This document shows, piece by piece, positions 31,805 to 41,411 of a stretch of 64,000 bases of DNA (position 1 is its first letter; every line of letters begins with the position of its first letter). A program made the translations under genes and the position numbers. The notes under the pieces are model-generated. The model was not told where the DNA came from and did no database searches. It was given only the letters and a program-made list of their open reading frames with translations. The DNA comes from Candidatus Aenigmatarchaeota archaeon. Its GTDB lineage: Archaea; Aenigmatarchaeota; Aenigmatarchaeia; PWEA01. The stretch is taken from contig JBKHHD010000002.1 in assembly GCA_046539325.1 (NCBI GenBank), positions 53,425 through 117,424 of the forward strand. The letters are read 5' to 3'.

Positions 31805-33197
31805 CTTACTTTCCATTGTTCCTGGTGTTGAAGACCCAAAGAAGAGGCTTAACTTCAACGACAAGTTGAAGTGGACAGGAATAATAATCATTGTATACTT
31901 CATAATGGGAAACATAACTGTCTGGGGGGTTTCTCCGGTCGGCTTGGAGAGGTTTCAATTTCTGCAGACAATCGTTGCTTCCGAGTTCGGTTCTCTCATA
32001 ACCCTTGGAATTGTCCCTATAGTTAATGCATCTATCATACTACAGCTTCTAACAGGAAGCGATATACTTCAGTGGGATACCAACACGCCTGAAGGAAAGA
32101 AGCTATTCATGGGTACACAGAAGCTTCTGGCAGTAGTATTCTGTTTAGTTCAGGCCACGGCCTTCGTTTCTTTCGGTGCAATACCTGCACAGACAGGGAT
32201 GACCGCCTTTGTAATAGCACAGATCGCAGCAGGTGGAATACTGATCGTGCTCATGGACGAAGTGATCTCAAAGTGGGGCTTCGGATCAGGCGTTTCGTTG
32301 TTCATTGCTTCCGGCGTTTCAATGGAAATAGTTCAGAGGTTGTTCAACCCACTGACTGCTCAAGGAACACTACCTACGGCTGCTGAGGGTGCTGCAGGTT
32401 ACATACCTCAAGTTTTCCAAACACTTGCAGTAGGAAACTTAGTCGAAACTGTCGCAGCTCTCATACCTATGATCTTCACCGTGCTTGTATTCTTCCTTGT
32501 AATATACCTTAACGGTATGAAGGTCGAAATACCACTCGCATTCGGCCAGGTAAAGGGCTTCGGTCAGAGGTATCCACTGAACCTTCTTTACACTAGCGTA
32601 ATTCCTATAATATTTACACATGCACTACTGGCCAACTTGAATATAATGGGTCAGATGCTGGCCGAGAGGGGCATGCCAATCCTAGGAAGGTTCGGGGAGG
32701 AAGGAATACCGGAATCTGGCCTCCTTTACTGGATATACAGTCCCCAGGCGGCCACACCCAGAGACGGCCTACTCACAGAGATTGTGGTTAGCAGAATAAC
32801 CGATGCCCCGCTGCCAGAAGTAACGATAGCCTGGATACCCTACGTAGCCACTGTATGTCTGCTAACTATAGTATTTTCTGTTTTCTGGATGAAGACGTCC
32901 GGCCAGGACTCACAAACCGTCGCTGAAAGAATCCACAACATGGGAATGTCTGTACCTGGATACAGAAGGGACAAAAGGATAATAAAGAGGATACTGGATA
33001 GATATATACCCTACCTTGCAGTCCTTTCAGGACTATTTATCGGAATGCTGGCTGTGTTTGCGGATTTCTTTGGAGCGGTGGGCGGAGGAATAGGCATACT
33101 GCTGGCCACAATGATAATATACAGGTTGTACGAAGAGCTTGCACAGCAGCATATGGAAGACATGCATCCAGCTCTGCGGCAGTTCATTGGAGAATAA
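31791..33197 (+). CDS. secY: Preprotein translocase SecY
   Basis: LGIVPIV, SKWGFGSGVSLFI, multi-TM. Confidence 0.98.
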   Translation: MNYRDLLSIVPGVEDPKKRLNFNDKLKWTGIIIIVYFIMGNITVWGVSPVGLERFQFLQTIVASEFGSLITLGIVPIVNASIILQLLTGSDILQWDTNTPEGKKLFMGTQKLLAVVFCLVQATAFVSFGAIPAQTGMTAFVIAQIAAGGILIVLMDEVISKWGFGSGVSLFIASGVSMEIVQRLFNPLTAQGTLPTAAEGAAGYIPQVFQTLAVGNLVETVAALIPMIFTVLVFFLVIYLNGMKVEIPLAFGQVKGFGQRYPLNLLYTSVIPIIFTHALLANLNIMGQMLAERGMPILGRFGEEGIPESGLLYWIYSPQAATPRDGLLTEIVVSRITDAPLPEVTIAWIPYVATVCLLTIVFSVFWMKTSGQDSQTVAERIHNMGMSVPGYRRDKRIIKRILDRYIPYLAVLSGLFIGMLAVFADFFGAVGGGIGILLATMIIYRLYEELAQQHMEDMHPALRQFIGE

Positions 33198-33238
33198 ACT
33201 TTTAACCGAAGAAACAAAGGTTATTATGGTGTGGAAAA

Positions 33239-33871
33239 ATGGTATTTGAGAACGCAGTTACAGGGGTCTTTTTGATATCAGTAGCCATAAGCTTCGTAAT
33301 TTCGCTCCTGTACAAGGTTCTGATGGACCAGGAAGAACTTAAAGAAATAAAGGAAAAGATGAACGAGCTACAGGAGAAGTCCAAAGAAGCAAGGGAAGAA
33401 GGTAACGAAGAAGAGGCAATGGAGTACACACAGAAGACTATGAAGCACAGTAAAAAGCAGATGAAGATGCAGTTCAAGCCTATGATGGCTACTTTCATAA
33501 TAATAATCCCTATATTCTGGTTTGTAATGCCAGGCCTCTATCCTTCAGCAACTGTAAACCTGGCTGAAACGAATACGCTTGAGTACGGAGGACTGGAAAA
33601 GACTGTAACCCTTGAAAACGAGGATCCCCTTGAAGTGACCGTGGACGGTGAGACCTTACAGGAGAACGGGGTTGTGAGGATAAACGACCACAGGCTGAAG
33701 CTGACCGAGTACAGAGCCGGTCAAGAACAACTGGAGTTTTCAAGGGTAGCTGTTCAGCTTCCTGTTTCTCTGCCGTTCTGGGGCAGCGCCTTAGGCTGGC
33801 TTGGATGGTACATTCTAATTTCTCTTGGAGTATCACAGGTATTCAGAAAGCTTATGGGAGCAAGACCATGA
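33239..33871 (+). CDS. EMC3/TMCO1 (DUF106) membrane insertase-family protein
   Basis: TM plus coiled coil, FKPM, GWLGWYI; follows secY. Confidence 0.88.
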   Translation: MVFENAVTGVFLISVAISFVISLLYKVLMDQEELKEIKEKMNELQEKSKEAREEGNEEEAMEYTQKTMKHSKKQMKMQFKPMMATFIIIIPIFWFVMPGLYPSATVNLAETNTLEYGGLEKTVTLENEDPLEVTVDGETLQENGVVRINDHRLKLTEYRAGQEQLEFSRVAVQLPVSLPFWGSALGWLGWYILISLGVSQVFRKLMGARP

Positions 33872-34827
33872 GACGCGAGTTCAAGTTCAAGGAAGCAGTA
33901 GTCTCCGACGCCCGTTTCGGTAACTACCCTAGTTCTCGGGATACGAAAGAGATGATACAAAGAGGTGTGGTAGTTCTAGACAAGCCAAAGGGCCCGACAT
34001 CGCACCAGGTAACGGGTTGGGTAAAGGATATCTTCGGTATAGATAAGGCAGGACATACCGGAACCTTGGACCCAAAGGTTACAGGCGTACTTCTCATCGC
34101 GCTAAGCAAGTCCACGAAGGCTATGCCTGTTCTGAACAAGCTGGACAAGGAATACGTTGCAGTAGTCGTTCTTCATGAGGAATCGGAGAAAGAAGAGGTG
34201 GAGGAAGTTTTAAACAGCTTTCGCGGTGAAGTAAAGCAGGTTCCGCCTAAGAAGTCGGCCGTTAAGAGGAGGGAAAGAACAAGAGAAATCAAAAATCTGG
34301 AGCTTCTTGAAAAGACCGGAAAGGACCTGTTGCTGAAAATAAACTGTGAGGCAGGAACCTACATACGTAAGCTCGCGCACAACATCGGCGAAGAGCTGGG
34401 TTGTGGAGCACATATGAAGGAACTGAGGAGGACCGCCGTGGGGCCCTTTACCGAACAAAAGGCTGTAAAGCTTCAGACATTGAAGGACGACTACGTTTTT
34501 TTCAAGGAAGATGAAAACGAAAATATAAGGAAGGATATACTGCCCGCTGAGGTCTGCGCGGACGTTTCACCCTGCATAGTCGTCAAGGACACAGCTATCG
34601 AAGCACTGTGCAACGGGGCAGACCTAGGAGTGGGCGGCGTGTCCGCAGTAGAAAGGTCTATAGAAGCCGGTGATAAACTTTCTATCCTTTCAGGAAAAGG
34701 CGAACTGGTTGCTGTAGGTGAAGCAGAGATGGACGCCAAGAAGATATACCAGAAGAAGAACGGGAAAGCGGCTTCGTTGATAAACGTTATGATGGAACGC
34801 GGCACATATCCGAAGGGATGGAACTAG
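33868..34827 (+). CDS. cbf5: Pseudouridine synthase Cbf5
   Basis: DKPKGPTSHQV, HTGTLDPKVTG, GTYIRK, PUA domain. Confidence 0.96.
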   Translation: MRREFKFKEAVVSDARFGNYPSSRDTKEMIQRGVVVLDKPKGPTSHQVTGWVKDIFGIDKAGHTGTLDPKVTGVLLIALSKSTKAMPVLNKLDKEYVAVVVLHEESEKEEVEEVLNSFRGEVKQVPPKKSAVKRRERTREIKNLELLEKTGKDLLLKINCEAGTYIRKLAHNIGEELGCGAHMKELRRTAVGPFTEQKAVKLQTLKDDYVFFKEDENENIRKDILPAEVCADVSPCIVVKDTAIEALCNGADLGVGGVSAVERSIEAGDKLSILSGKGELVAVGEAEMDAKKIYQKKNGKAASLINVMMERGTYPKGWN

Positions 34828-34871
34828 AAAACTGGAAAGATTTAAAAAGGTTTGGATTCATAAGAGTTGTG

Positions 34872-35048
34872 ATGTCTTCCCCCGGAAACGTGGAGGAAAT
34901 GATGGAAGTACTCGCCTGTCCAAAGTGCAAAGGCGACGTAAAGCTTAATAAAAAGGAAAACAAGATAGTTTGCCACGACTGCCGGCTCAGGTTTTCCGTC
35001 GAAGACGGCATACCAAATATGCTGTTGGATGAAGCGGAAAGCTTTTGA
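34872..35048 (+). CDS. Trm112-family methyltransferase activator
   Basis: LACPKCKG..C..C..F.VEDGIPNML. Confidence 0.88.
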   Translation: MSSPGNVEEMMEVLACPKCKGDVKLNKKENKIVCHDCRLRFSVEDGIPNMLLDEAESF

Positions 35049-35054
35049 ACGGAG

Positions 35055-35255
35055 GCCGGGGTAGCGAAGCCAGGTCCAACGCGCCGGATTTGAGAACGGA
35101 TCTATTGACGAGAGGATGATATAACTGTTTCAAGAGATCCGGTGGGCCGCGTAAGGTCCTGTATCTGTGGAAGTCCACGTGGGTTCAAAAGAGAACGCTT
35201 TGGAAGTGAAAACACCTTTTCCAAAGGGTTTCTGAAAGTCCCACCCCCGGCGCCA
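35055..35255 (+). tRNA. tRNA-Ser(TGA) with three introns (35095-35136, 35154-35171, 35190-35238), CCA encoded
   Basis: CCGGA-TT-TGA-G..A-TCCGG; BHB motifs at anticodon, variable arm and T-loop. Confidence 0.9.
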
Positions 35256-35273
35256 CATAAAAAAGGTGAAAAA

Positions 35274-35744
35274 ATGGTTGAAGAAAGGAAAAACATATTA
35301 AGAATTTTCAGGACGGACATTCCCGGAGACTGGAAAATAGGTGAAGGTCTGAGACAGCTAAAGGGTGTTAGCTTTTCAACAAGCAAGCCCATACTGAAAA
35401 AAGCAGATGTAGACCCTACCAAGGCCGCAGGGGATATAACTGATGAGGAAAAAGAATCTATAAAGGAAGTTATAAAGTCAGGACAGATCCCCTCGTACCT
35501 ACTCAACAGAAGGAAGGATCCAGAAATAGGAGAAGATAGAATGCTTACCTCAAACGACCTGGAAATTCAGGAGAGACAGGATATAGAGGATATGAAGAAG
35601 CTCGGCAGCTACAGAGGAATGCGTCACAGACATGGACTTCCGGTGAGAGGTCAGAAGACACAGTCCAGCTTCAGAGGAGACAGCTCTGTCGGTGTAGCTA
35701 CAGCTGAAATAAAGGCAGAAAAATCAGGGGAAGAAGGTGAATAA
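35274..35744 (+). CDS. rps13: Ribosomal protein uS13
   Basis: YRGMRH..GLPVRGQKT. Confidence 0.97.
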   Translation: MVEERKNILRIFRTDIPGDWKIGEGLRQLKGVSFSTSKPILKKADVDPTKAAGDITDEEKESIKEVIKSGQIPSYLLNRRKDPEIGEDRMLTSNDLEIQERQDIEDMKKLGSYRGMRHRHGLPVRGQKTQSSFRGDSSVGVATAEIKAEKSGEEGE

Positions 35745-35745
35745 A

Positions 35746-36228
35746 ATGGGGGATCCAAAGAAACAGAGAAAGAAGTATGAGAAGCCTCTTATACCCTGGG
35801 ACGAGAGAAGAATAGAGAACGACAAGGATATTATGAAGAACTACGGACTGAAAAGAAAGGAAGAGATACTCAAGATGGAAAGCTTTTTGAGAAAGCTGAG
35901 AAGGAGAGCAAGGGATGCTGCCGCAGGATCCTCCGAGAAGGAGAGAAATGAACTGCTTCAAAGGTGTAGGAACATCGGACTCATTGGCGAAGACGATGAT
36001 GTTGGACAGATCCTGCGAATCGAGCTGAAGGACGTACTTGAAAGAAGGCTTCAGACGCTTGTCGCAAAGATAGATGGCGTAAGAAGTCCTGGGCACGCAA
36101 GGCAGCTTCTGACACATGGCCATGTAAAAGTAGACGAAAAGGTAATGACTTCGTCTTCGTTCTTCGTTCCAAAGGATCTCGAGGACAAAATATCCGTAGA
36201 TAAAAAGGCACTGGTGATGGACGAATGA
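35746..36228 (+). CDS. rps4: Ribosomal protein uS4
   Basis: [21 protein letters not shown]. Confidence 0.97.
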   Translation: MGDPKKQRKKYEKPLIPWDERRIENDKDIMKNYGLKRKEEILKMESFLRKLRRRARDAAAGSSEKERNELLQRCRNIGLIGEDDDVGQILRIELKDVLERRLQTLVAKIDGVRSPGHARQLLTHGHVKVDEKVMTSSSFFVPKDLEDKISVDKKALVMDE

Positions 36229-36611
36229 GTCAGAGAAAAGGTCTAGCAAGAATACACTCGTCCGAGAACAACACTATCATACATATAACTGATATGAGCG
36301 GCGCAGAAACTATAAGCAGATACTCTGGTGGAATGGCTGTGGATCAGGACAGGGACAAAGGCGAGCCGTTTGCTGCTATGCAAGCAGCAAAGAAGGCAGC
36401 CAAAGAGGCAAAGGAAAAGGGAATTGACAAGGTAGATATAAAGGTAAGAGCTCCAGGCGGACACGGCTCAAAGAGCCCAGGTCCGGGAGCACAGCCTGCT
36501 ATCCGTGCTATAGCCAGAGCCGGAATGAAAATAGGCAAGATTGAAGATATAACTCCAGTGCCACATGATTCAACGAGAAGGCCTGGAGGCAAAAGAGGAA
36601 AGAGGGTCTGA
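36225..36611 (+). CDS. rps11: Ribosomal protein uS11
   Basis: [16 protein letters not shown]. Confidence 0.98.
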   Translation: MSQRKGLARIHSSENNTIIHITDMSGAETISRYSGGMAVDQDRDKGEPFAAMQAAKKAAKEAKEKGIDKVDIKVRAPGGHGSKSPGPGAQPAIRAIARAGMKIGKIEDITPVPHDSTRRPGGKRGKRV

Positions 36612-36613
36612 TT

Positions 36614-37396
36614 ATGGAATTTGAAAAGATTGAGGAGGACGACAAGAAGCTTAAATTTGTTACAAAGGATACAAATCCAGCTATGATGAACGCTTTGAGA
36701 AGGATCTCGATGAACTACATTCCTGTGCTTGCAATAGAGGACGTCGGAGTAAAGGAAAACAGTTCGCCGATATTCGACGAAGTTATAGCCCAGAGGCTGG
36801 GGCAGGTACCGCTTGTCTTTGATCCAGACAAGTTTACGTTGAAGGGAGAATGCGACTGTGAAGACGGCTGTCCTAACTGTGAGGTTGACTTCACGTTTGA
36901 AGGCGAAGGACTTGGAAGGCTTTACTCGAAGGACCTCGTCTGTGAGACGGGCGATATCGAGGTACTATATGACGAGATACCTATAACAGAGATGGATGAA
37001 AATCAGAGGGTCGAGCTTGAAGCAACCGCAGTATTATCGAAGGGAAAAGATCACTCGAAACATCAGGCAGCTATTTCCTCGTACCAGTACTACCCTATAA
37101 TCGATATAGACAACGATGAGCTCACGAAAGAAGAAAAGGGTCGCTGCGTCGAGGTGTGCCCAAAGGATGTTTTTGAGCTCGATGGCGGCGACCTGAAGGT
37201 TTCAGAGGAAAAGAAATGTACTGTATGCAAAGAATGCGTCAACGAAGTGGATACAGGCGTAGTAGTTACAGGCGACGAGGAGAAGTTCATATTCACCATA
37301 GAGTCTACCTGTTCACTAAGCCCCCAAGAAATAATTGAGAAGGCCGCTGACATACTTGAGAAGAAGTCCGAGAAGGTAGTCGAAAAGTTAAGCTAG
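36614..37396 (+). CDS. rpoD: RNA polymerase subunit D (Rpo3) with ferredoxin-like insert
   Basis: NALRR, CDCEDGCPNC, CPK..CTVCKEC. Confidence 0.96.
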   Translation: MEFEKIEEDDKKLKFVTKDTNPAMMNALRRISMNYIPVLAIEDVGVKENSSPIFDEVIAQRLGQVPLVFDPDKFTLKGECDCEDGCPNCEVDFTFEGEGLGRLYSKDLVCETGDIEVLYDEIPITEMDENQRVELEATAVLSKGKDHSKHQAAISSYQYYPIIDIDNDELTKEEKGRCVEVCPKDVFELDGGDLKVSEEKKCTVCKECVNEVDTGVVVTGDEEKFIFTIESTCSLSPQEIIEKAADILEKKSEKVVEKLS

Positions 37397-37538
37397 CGGG
37401 GGTAACCAAGCGGTCAAGGTAAAGATACGACTAAAGGTGCAGGACTTAAGCTCTCAGCTTAAGTATTGAGGCCCATTGGGCGATGATAAGAAATCCTGTG
37501 GCTTAGTGCCTTCGTCGGTTCGAATCCGGCCCCCCGCA
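37396..37538 (+). tRNA. tRNA-Leu(TAA) with D-loop (37418-37434) and 37/38 (37451-37492) introns
   Basis: GCGGGGG/CCCCCGC acceptor, CAGGA-CT-TAA-G..A-TCCTG, BHB motifs. Confidence 0.9.
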
Positions 37539-37558
37539 TCAACAAAGAGGTTTTGGAT

Positions 37559-37912
37559 ATGGAAAAAACGAACCCGGTACTGAAGAAGACTGTAAGCAGG
37601 CTCGAGGAGAAAGGCAGAAAGGAAGAGTTAGATTTATGGAAGGATCTCGCCAAGAGGCTGAAGAAGCCAAGAAGGAACAAAAGTTCGGTAAATATCTCAA
37701 AGATAAACAGACATGCAAAGGAAGGCGAAACTGTAGTCGTTCCAGGAAAAGTAACAGGCTACGGTAGCTTGGATAAGGATGTGGACGTTGCTGCATTTGA
37801 TTTTTCAAAAAGCGCAAAGGAGAAGGTGGAGGAAGGGGGCAAGGTTATGAGTATACTGGATCTAGCTGAGGAAAATCAGGAAGGCGAAAACGTAAGGATA
37901 ATGGAGGGTTAA
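37559..37912 (+). CDS. rpl18e: Ribosomal protein eL18
   Basis: VNISKINR, VVVPGKV. Confidence 0.96.
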   Translation: MEKTNPVLKKTVSRLEEKGRKEELDLWKDLAKRLKKPRRNKSSVNISKINRHAKEGETVVVPGKVTGYGSLDKDVDVAAFDFSKSAKEKVEEGGKVMSILDLAEENQEGENVRIMEG

Positions 37913-37913
37913 A

Positions 37914-38312
37914 ATGATCGTTGATGCAGAAAACCAGGTTATGGGGAGACTATCTTCGGAAGTAGCTTCGTTGTTGCTTGATGGGAAGGAAGTCAAGGTT
38001 ATCAACTCAGAGAAGGCAATCAAAACTGGCAAGCCTGAGGATACCGTAAAGAAATACCTTAAAAAGAAAAGTATCGGCGATCCGAGACACGGACCATATT
38101 CCTCGCTAAGGCCGGAAAACATACTCAGGGACTCGATAAAGGGAATGCTGCCCACGGAAAAGGAAATAGGAAGGCAGGCTCTTAAGAGATTGGTAATAGT
38201 TCAGGGGAACAGTGGTGAGGAAGGAAAAGCTATCTCAAAGAGCGCCGAGGATCTGACAACAAATTATATAACTCTTGAAGAGTTATCAGAAAGGATAGGT
38301 GGAAAACAATGA
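37914..38312 (+). CDS. rpl13: Ribosomal protein uL13
   Basis: DAEN.VMGRL, KGMLP. Confidence 0.95.
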   Translation: MIVDAENQVMGRLSSEVASLLLDGKEVKVINSEKAIKTGKPEDTVKKYLKKKSIGDPRHGPYSSLRPENILRDSIKGMLPTEKEIGRQALKRLVIVQGNSGEEGKAISKSAEDLTTNYITLEELSERIGGKQ

Positions 38313-38710
38313 CGATAAACGCTGTAGGTAAAAGAAAGGAAGCCAGGGCACAGGCAAAGGTCACAGAAGGAAGCGGAAATATAAGGATAAACTCAAGGCC
38401 TATCGAAAGCTTCAGCGATGAGATGTTCAGACTAATGATAAAGGAACCGCTGAAACTTGCAGAGGACAGAACAGAAGATGTAGATATAGATGTTGATGTA
38501 AACGGTGGAGGCAAAATGGGACAGGCAGAGGCTGTAAGACAGGCCATAGCTAAAGGACTTGTCGAGTTTACGGGAGATGAAAAGCTTGAGAAGAAGTTCG
38601 AAAACTACGACAGATACCTGCTTGTAAGGGACTCTCGCACGGCCGAACCACACAAACCTTCGGTCTCTTCAAAGGGAGCCAGAAAGCACAAACAGAGGAG
38701 CAAGAGGTGA
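38309..38710 (+). CDS. rps9: Ribosomal protein uS9
   Basis: GGGKMGQAEAVR, YDRYLLV. Confidence 0.96.
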   Translation: MTINAVGKRKEARAQAKVTEGSGNIRINSRPIESFSDEMFRLMIKEPLKLAEDRTEDVDIDVDVNGGGKMGQAEAVRQAIAKGLVEFTGDEKLEKKFENYDRYLLVRDSRTAEPHKPSVSSKGARKHKQRSKR

Positions 38711-38714
38711 CAAG

Positions 38715-38906
38715 ATGCTGATACCTGTAAGGTGTATAAGTTGCGGCAAGCCGGTAGGCCATCTATGGGAGGAGTTCAAAGAAAGAGAAGGAGAGGAAGA
38801 CACGAAGGAAGTTCTTGACGACCTCGGCCTCGAGAGGTACTGCTGCAGAAGCCTTTTCATAACACACACAGATTTAGCTGGAAAGGCATCAAAGTTCAAG
38901 AAGTAG
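38715..38906 (+). CDS. rpoN: RNA polymerase subunit N (Rpo10)
   Basis: IPVRCISCGK, RYCCR. Confidence 0.97.
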   Translation: MLIPVRCISCGKPVGHLWEEFKEREGEEDTKEVLDDLGLERYCCRSLFITHTDLAGKASKFKK

Positions 38907-38942
38907 CGCTAATATTTATTTATAATAAGTACAAGACTATTA

Positions 38943-40349
38943 GTGGTGACTATATTGAAGAAGATTTTACCCCTCCTGTCGGCATTCATTCTATTGTCGA
39001 TCTCAATGCCTACAGCAGCTGCACACCTGGAAGTAAGTTTCGAGGAGGAGGGTTCCTGTAAGATTTTGCCGCATACATACGAGATAAATATAACAAACAC
39101 ACACGATTCAGAGGATCTGATCCGGCTTAGCAGACCACGCGAGTTCTCAAGATGGATGTCTCTGTCGAGAAGTATTATGAGGATACAGGCAGGCGAGACC
39201 GAAACAACTGAGTTAACTATTGAAGCTCCGAGAAACGTTGAACTTGGCGAATACCAGACTAACTTTTCTATATTTTCCGAGGACTACGAAGATGTTTCAA
39301 CAACCGGAGAACTTTGCTTCATAGTTCTTAGAGACTATTCAATGATCGTCAGGGACTTTGCCGTAGACAAAGAGGAATACGGACCCATGGACCAGGTTAA
39401 CTTCTCTGTAACAGTTGAGAACGACGGTACAAAGGACTTCGACGACGGCGAGTTCAGAATAGAAGTAACTAAGGAAGGTGAGCAAATTGCAACTGATCTC
39501 GAGAAGTTCGAACTGGAAACAGGGAAAGGTAAAACTGTGGCCAGTTCAATAAACCTCAAGGAACATCAGGCACCAGGAACCTACGACGTAATGTACGAGG
39601 TAAGAGGTGCTGGCCACAAGATACAGTCCGGTGAAGCTAGCTTTGAAGTAATGGAGATGGCCAACTACGAGATAAGCGAAGAGTCGGATGGAAGATACAT
39701 CATAAGAACAAACACAATAAATGCAGAAAACAGAGGCAATATATTAGAACAAAAGGAAATAAATAGAACTGCAGTATTTCCTTTATCGCTGCTGACCACG
39801 GCCGAGGGGGCAGATGTGACCCGGGAAGGTCTCCATACAGTTTACAGCTGGAACATTGAACTTGAACCAGGTCAGTCCACACAGCTAAGTTATCAGATAA
39901 ACTACTGGCCTCTGTACATTCTAATAATACTTCTGGCTCTCATAGCGTTCAGGCTGTTCCTTTACATGAAAGCACCTGTCGTGAAGAAGGAGGTAGTCAA
40001 AAGCGAAATATCCGAAGACAAAAGGGTCCTCACCATATCGCTTCACGTCAAAAACCGGTTCTTCGGAAAAGCCAAAAACGTTATACTGGAGGACTCTGTG
40101 CTTTCCGTGACAAGAGTTCTGGACGAGTTCGATACGGTCAAACCAAACATTGAAAGGAAGGACGACGAAACAACGCTCAGGTGGAAGCTTGGTGAGATGT
40201 TGGCCGGAGACGATAGAGTTATACATTACAAGGTCAAAGTTCTTGTTGAATCCGTTGATGAGCTTGTCTTTCCTCCAGCCAAGGTAAGGGGTGCAGTAGG
40301 AAAGAGAACTTTCGAAAGATCTTCTTCCAAGGTAAAGCTTGGTGTTTAA
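38943..40349 (+). CDS. Secreted/membrane protein with Ig-like (CARDB-type) repeats
   Basis: Signal peptide, beta-rich repeats, one TM, C-terminal beta domain. Confidence 0.7.
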   Translation: MVTILKKILPLLSAFILLSISMPTAAAHLEVSFEEEGSCKILPHTYEINITNTHDSEDLIRLSRPREFSRWMSLSRSIMRIQAGETETTELTIEAPRNVELGEYQTNFSIFSEDYEDVSTTGELCFIVLRDYSMIVRDFAVDKEEYGPMDQVNFSVTVENDGTKDFDDGEFRIEVTKEGEQIATDLEKFELETGKGKTVASSINLKEHQAPGTYDVMYEVRGAGHKIQSGEASFEVMEMANYEISEESDGRYIIRTNTINAENRGNILEQKEINRTAVFPLSLLTTAEGADVTREGLHTVYSWNIELEPGQSTQLSYQINYWPLYILIILLALIAFRLFLYMKAPVVKKEVVKSEISEDKRVLTISLHVKNRFFGKAKNVILEDSVLSVTRVLDEFDTVKPNIERKDDETTLRWKLGEMLAGDDRVIHYKVKVLVESVDELVFPPAKVRGAVGKRTFERSSSKVKLGV

Positions 40350-40398
40350 CGTTACTCCAAAGAAAAGATTTAAAAAGTTTGGATTCAACGACTAGTAA

Positions 40399-40514
40399 GG
40401 CTGGCGGCCAAAGCGGAGGGGCAACTCCCGTACCCATCCGAACACGGAAGAAAAGTCCTCCAGCGATTTGGTCAGTATCCTCAATCCGAGGAGAACTCCA
40501 GGACGCTGCCAGCC
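40399..40514 (+). rRNA. rrf: 5S rRNA (unlinked from 16S-23S)
   Basis: GGCTGGC/GCCAGCC helix I, CCCGTACCCATCCGAACACGGAAG core. Confidence 0.92.
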
Positions 40515-40578
40515 GCTATTTATTCTCCGGGCTAAGCATAAATACTTAAAAGGTTTGTCACAAGAATGTTATGTCGTT

Positions 40579-40676
40579 GCCGCGATGGTGTAGCGGCTCA
40601 ACTCTCGAAGAGAGGGGGCCAAGCATAGAGCCCTGTCGAGGCTCTGACCCGGGTTCAAATCCCGGTCGCGGCGCCA
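40579..40676 (+). tRNA. tRNA-Asp(GTC) with D-loop intron (~40601-40622), CCA encoded
   Basis: GAGCC-CT-GTC-GA-GGCTC; BHB GGCT/GGCC. Confidence 0.9.
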
Positions 40677-40691
40677 TTCCCGAGGTATAAG

Positions 40692-40895
40692 ATGTCAGTA
40701 TCCAGCTGCCCAAGTCTACAGGATAATAAGGAGGAGTGCAGCTGCGCGTATTCAGGCTGTCCCAGAAAAGGCAAGTGTTGCGAATATATCAGGTACCATA
40801 AGAAAAGAGGAGAAGTCCCTGGTTGTTTGTTTCCCGAAGGGGCAGAGGGAAGCTACGACAGGTCCATAGAAAGGTTCGTGAAGGCAGTGAGCTAA
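40692..40895 (+). CDS. Small Cys-rich protein (DUF6485-like)
   Basis: CSCAY..CPRKGKCCE..YH..P.C.F..YDRS pattern. Confidence 0.75.
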   Translation: MSVSSCPSLQDNKEECSCAYSGCPRKGKCCEYIRYHKKRGEVPGCLFPEGAEGSYDRSIERFVKAVS

Positions 40896-40899
40896 GCAG

Positions 40900-41019
40900 G
40901 GGTCCGTAGCTCAGCCTGGCAGAGCACTGGGCTTTTAACTTAATATGTTAAAAGAGCTAGACGTTATGTCGATGATGAAAGAAACCCAGGAGTCGCGGGT
41001 TCAAATCCCGTCGGACCCA
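40900..41019 (+). tRNA. tRNA-Lys(TTT) with 37/38 intron (40938-40983)
   Basis: CTGGG-CT-TTT-A..A-CCCAG. Confidence 0.92.
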
Positions 41020-41157
41020 TAACAACCCATTCGTCAATAGTCTATAAAAAAACACCAAAACCTTTATAAACGTTAAGTTATAATGGAGTTTACCAGCTTA
41101 TGTGCTTTTCTCCGAAGATAGGGTGCGATATTTCGTATAAAATGTGATGGGGAGATT

Positions 41158-41403
41158 ATGGCAAAAGACTACAGCGTTACAGACCACAAGAGAGTACCGG
41201 AACATGAGGTTTTGGGGGACGAGGAAAAGGAAGAGCTTCTTGAAGAGCTGGGTGTAAAGGAACAGCAGCTTCCAAAGATATACGACACTGACCCCGTTGT
41301 CAAAGAGATAGACGCTTCAGTCGGTGACGTTCTTAAAATCAAAAGAAACAGTCTAACAGCAGGCAAGGCTTTGTACTATAGGCTAGTAATAGAGAAAAAA
41401 TAA
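41158..41403 (+). CDS. rpoH: RNA polymerase subunit H (Rpo5)
   Basis: VPEHEVL, LPKI..DPV, YYRLV. Confidence 0.97.
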   Translation: MAKDYSVTDHKRVPEHEVLGDEEKEELLEELGVKEQQLPKIYDTDPVVKEIDASVGDVLKIKRNSLTAGKALYYRLVIEKK

Positions 41404-41411
41404 CAGATAAA

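Noticed and set aside
35142-35273. N-terminal extension of uS13 in the ORF track
   Set aside because: Overlaps tRNA-Ser(TGA); the real start is ATG 35274 after a GGTGA SD
34839-40387. Repeated ATTTAAAAAG(G)TTTGGATTCA at ~34840 and ~40368
   Set aside because: Best explained as ordinary TATA promoters for stable-RNA transcripts
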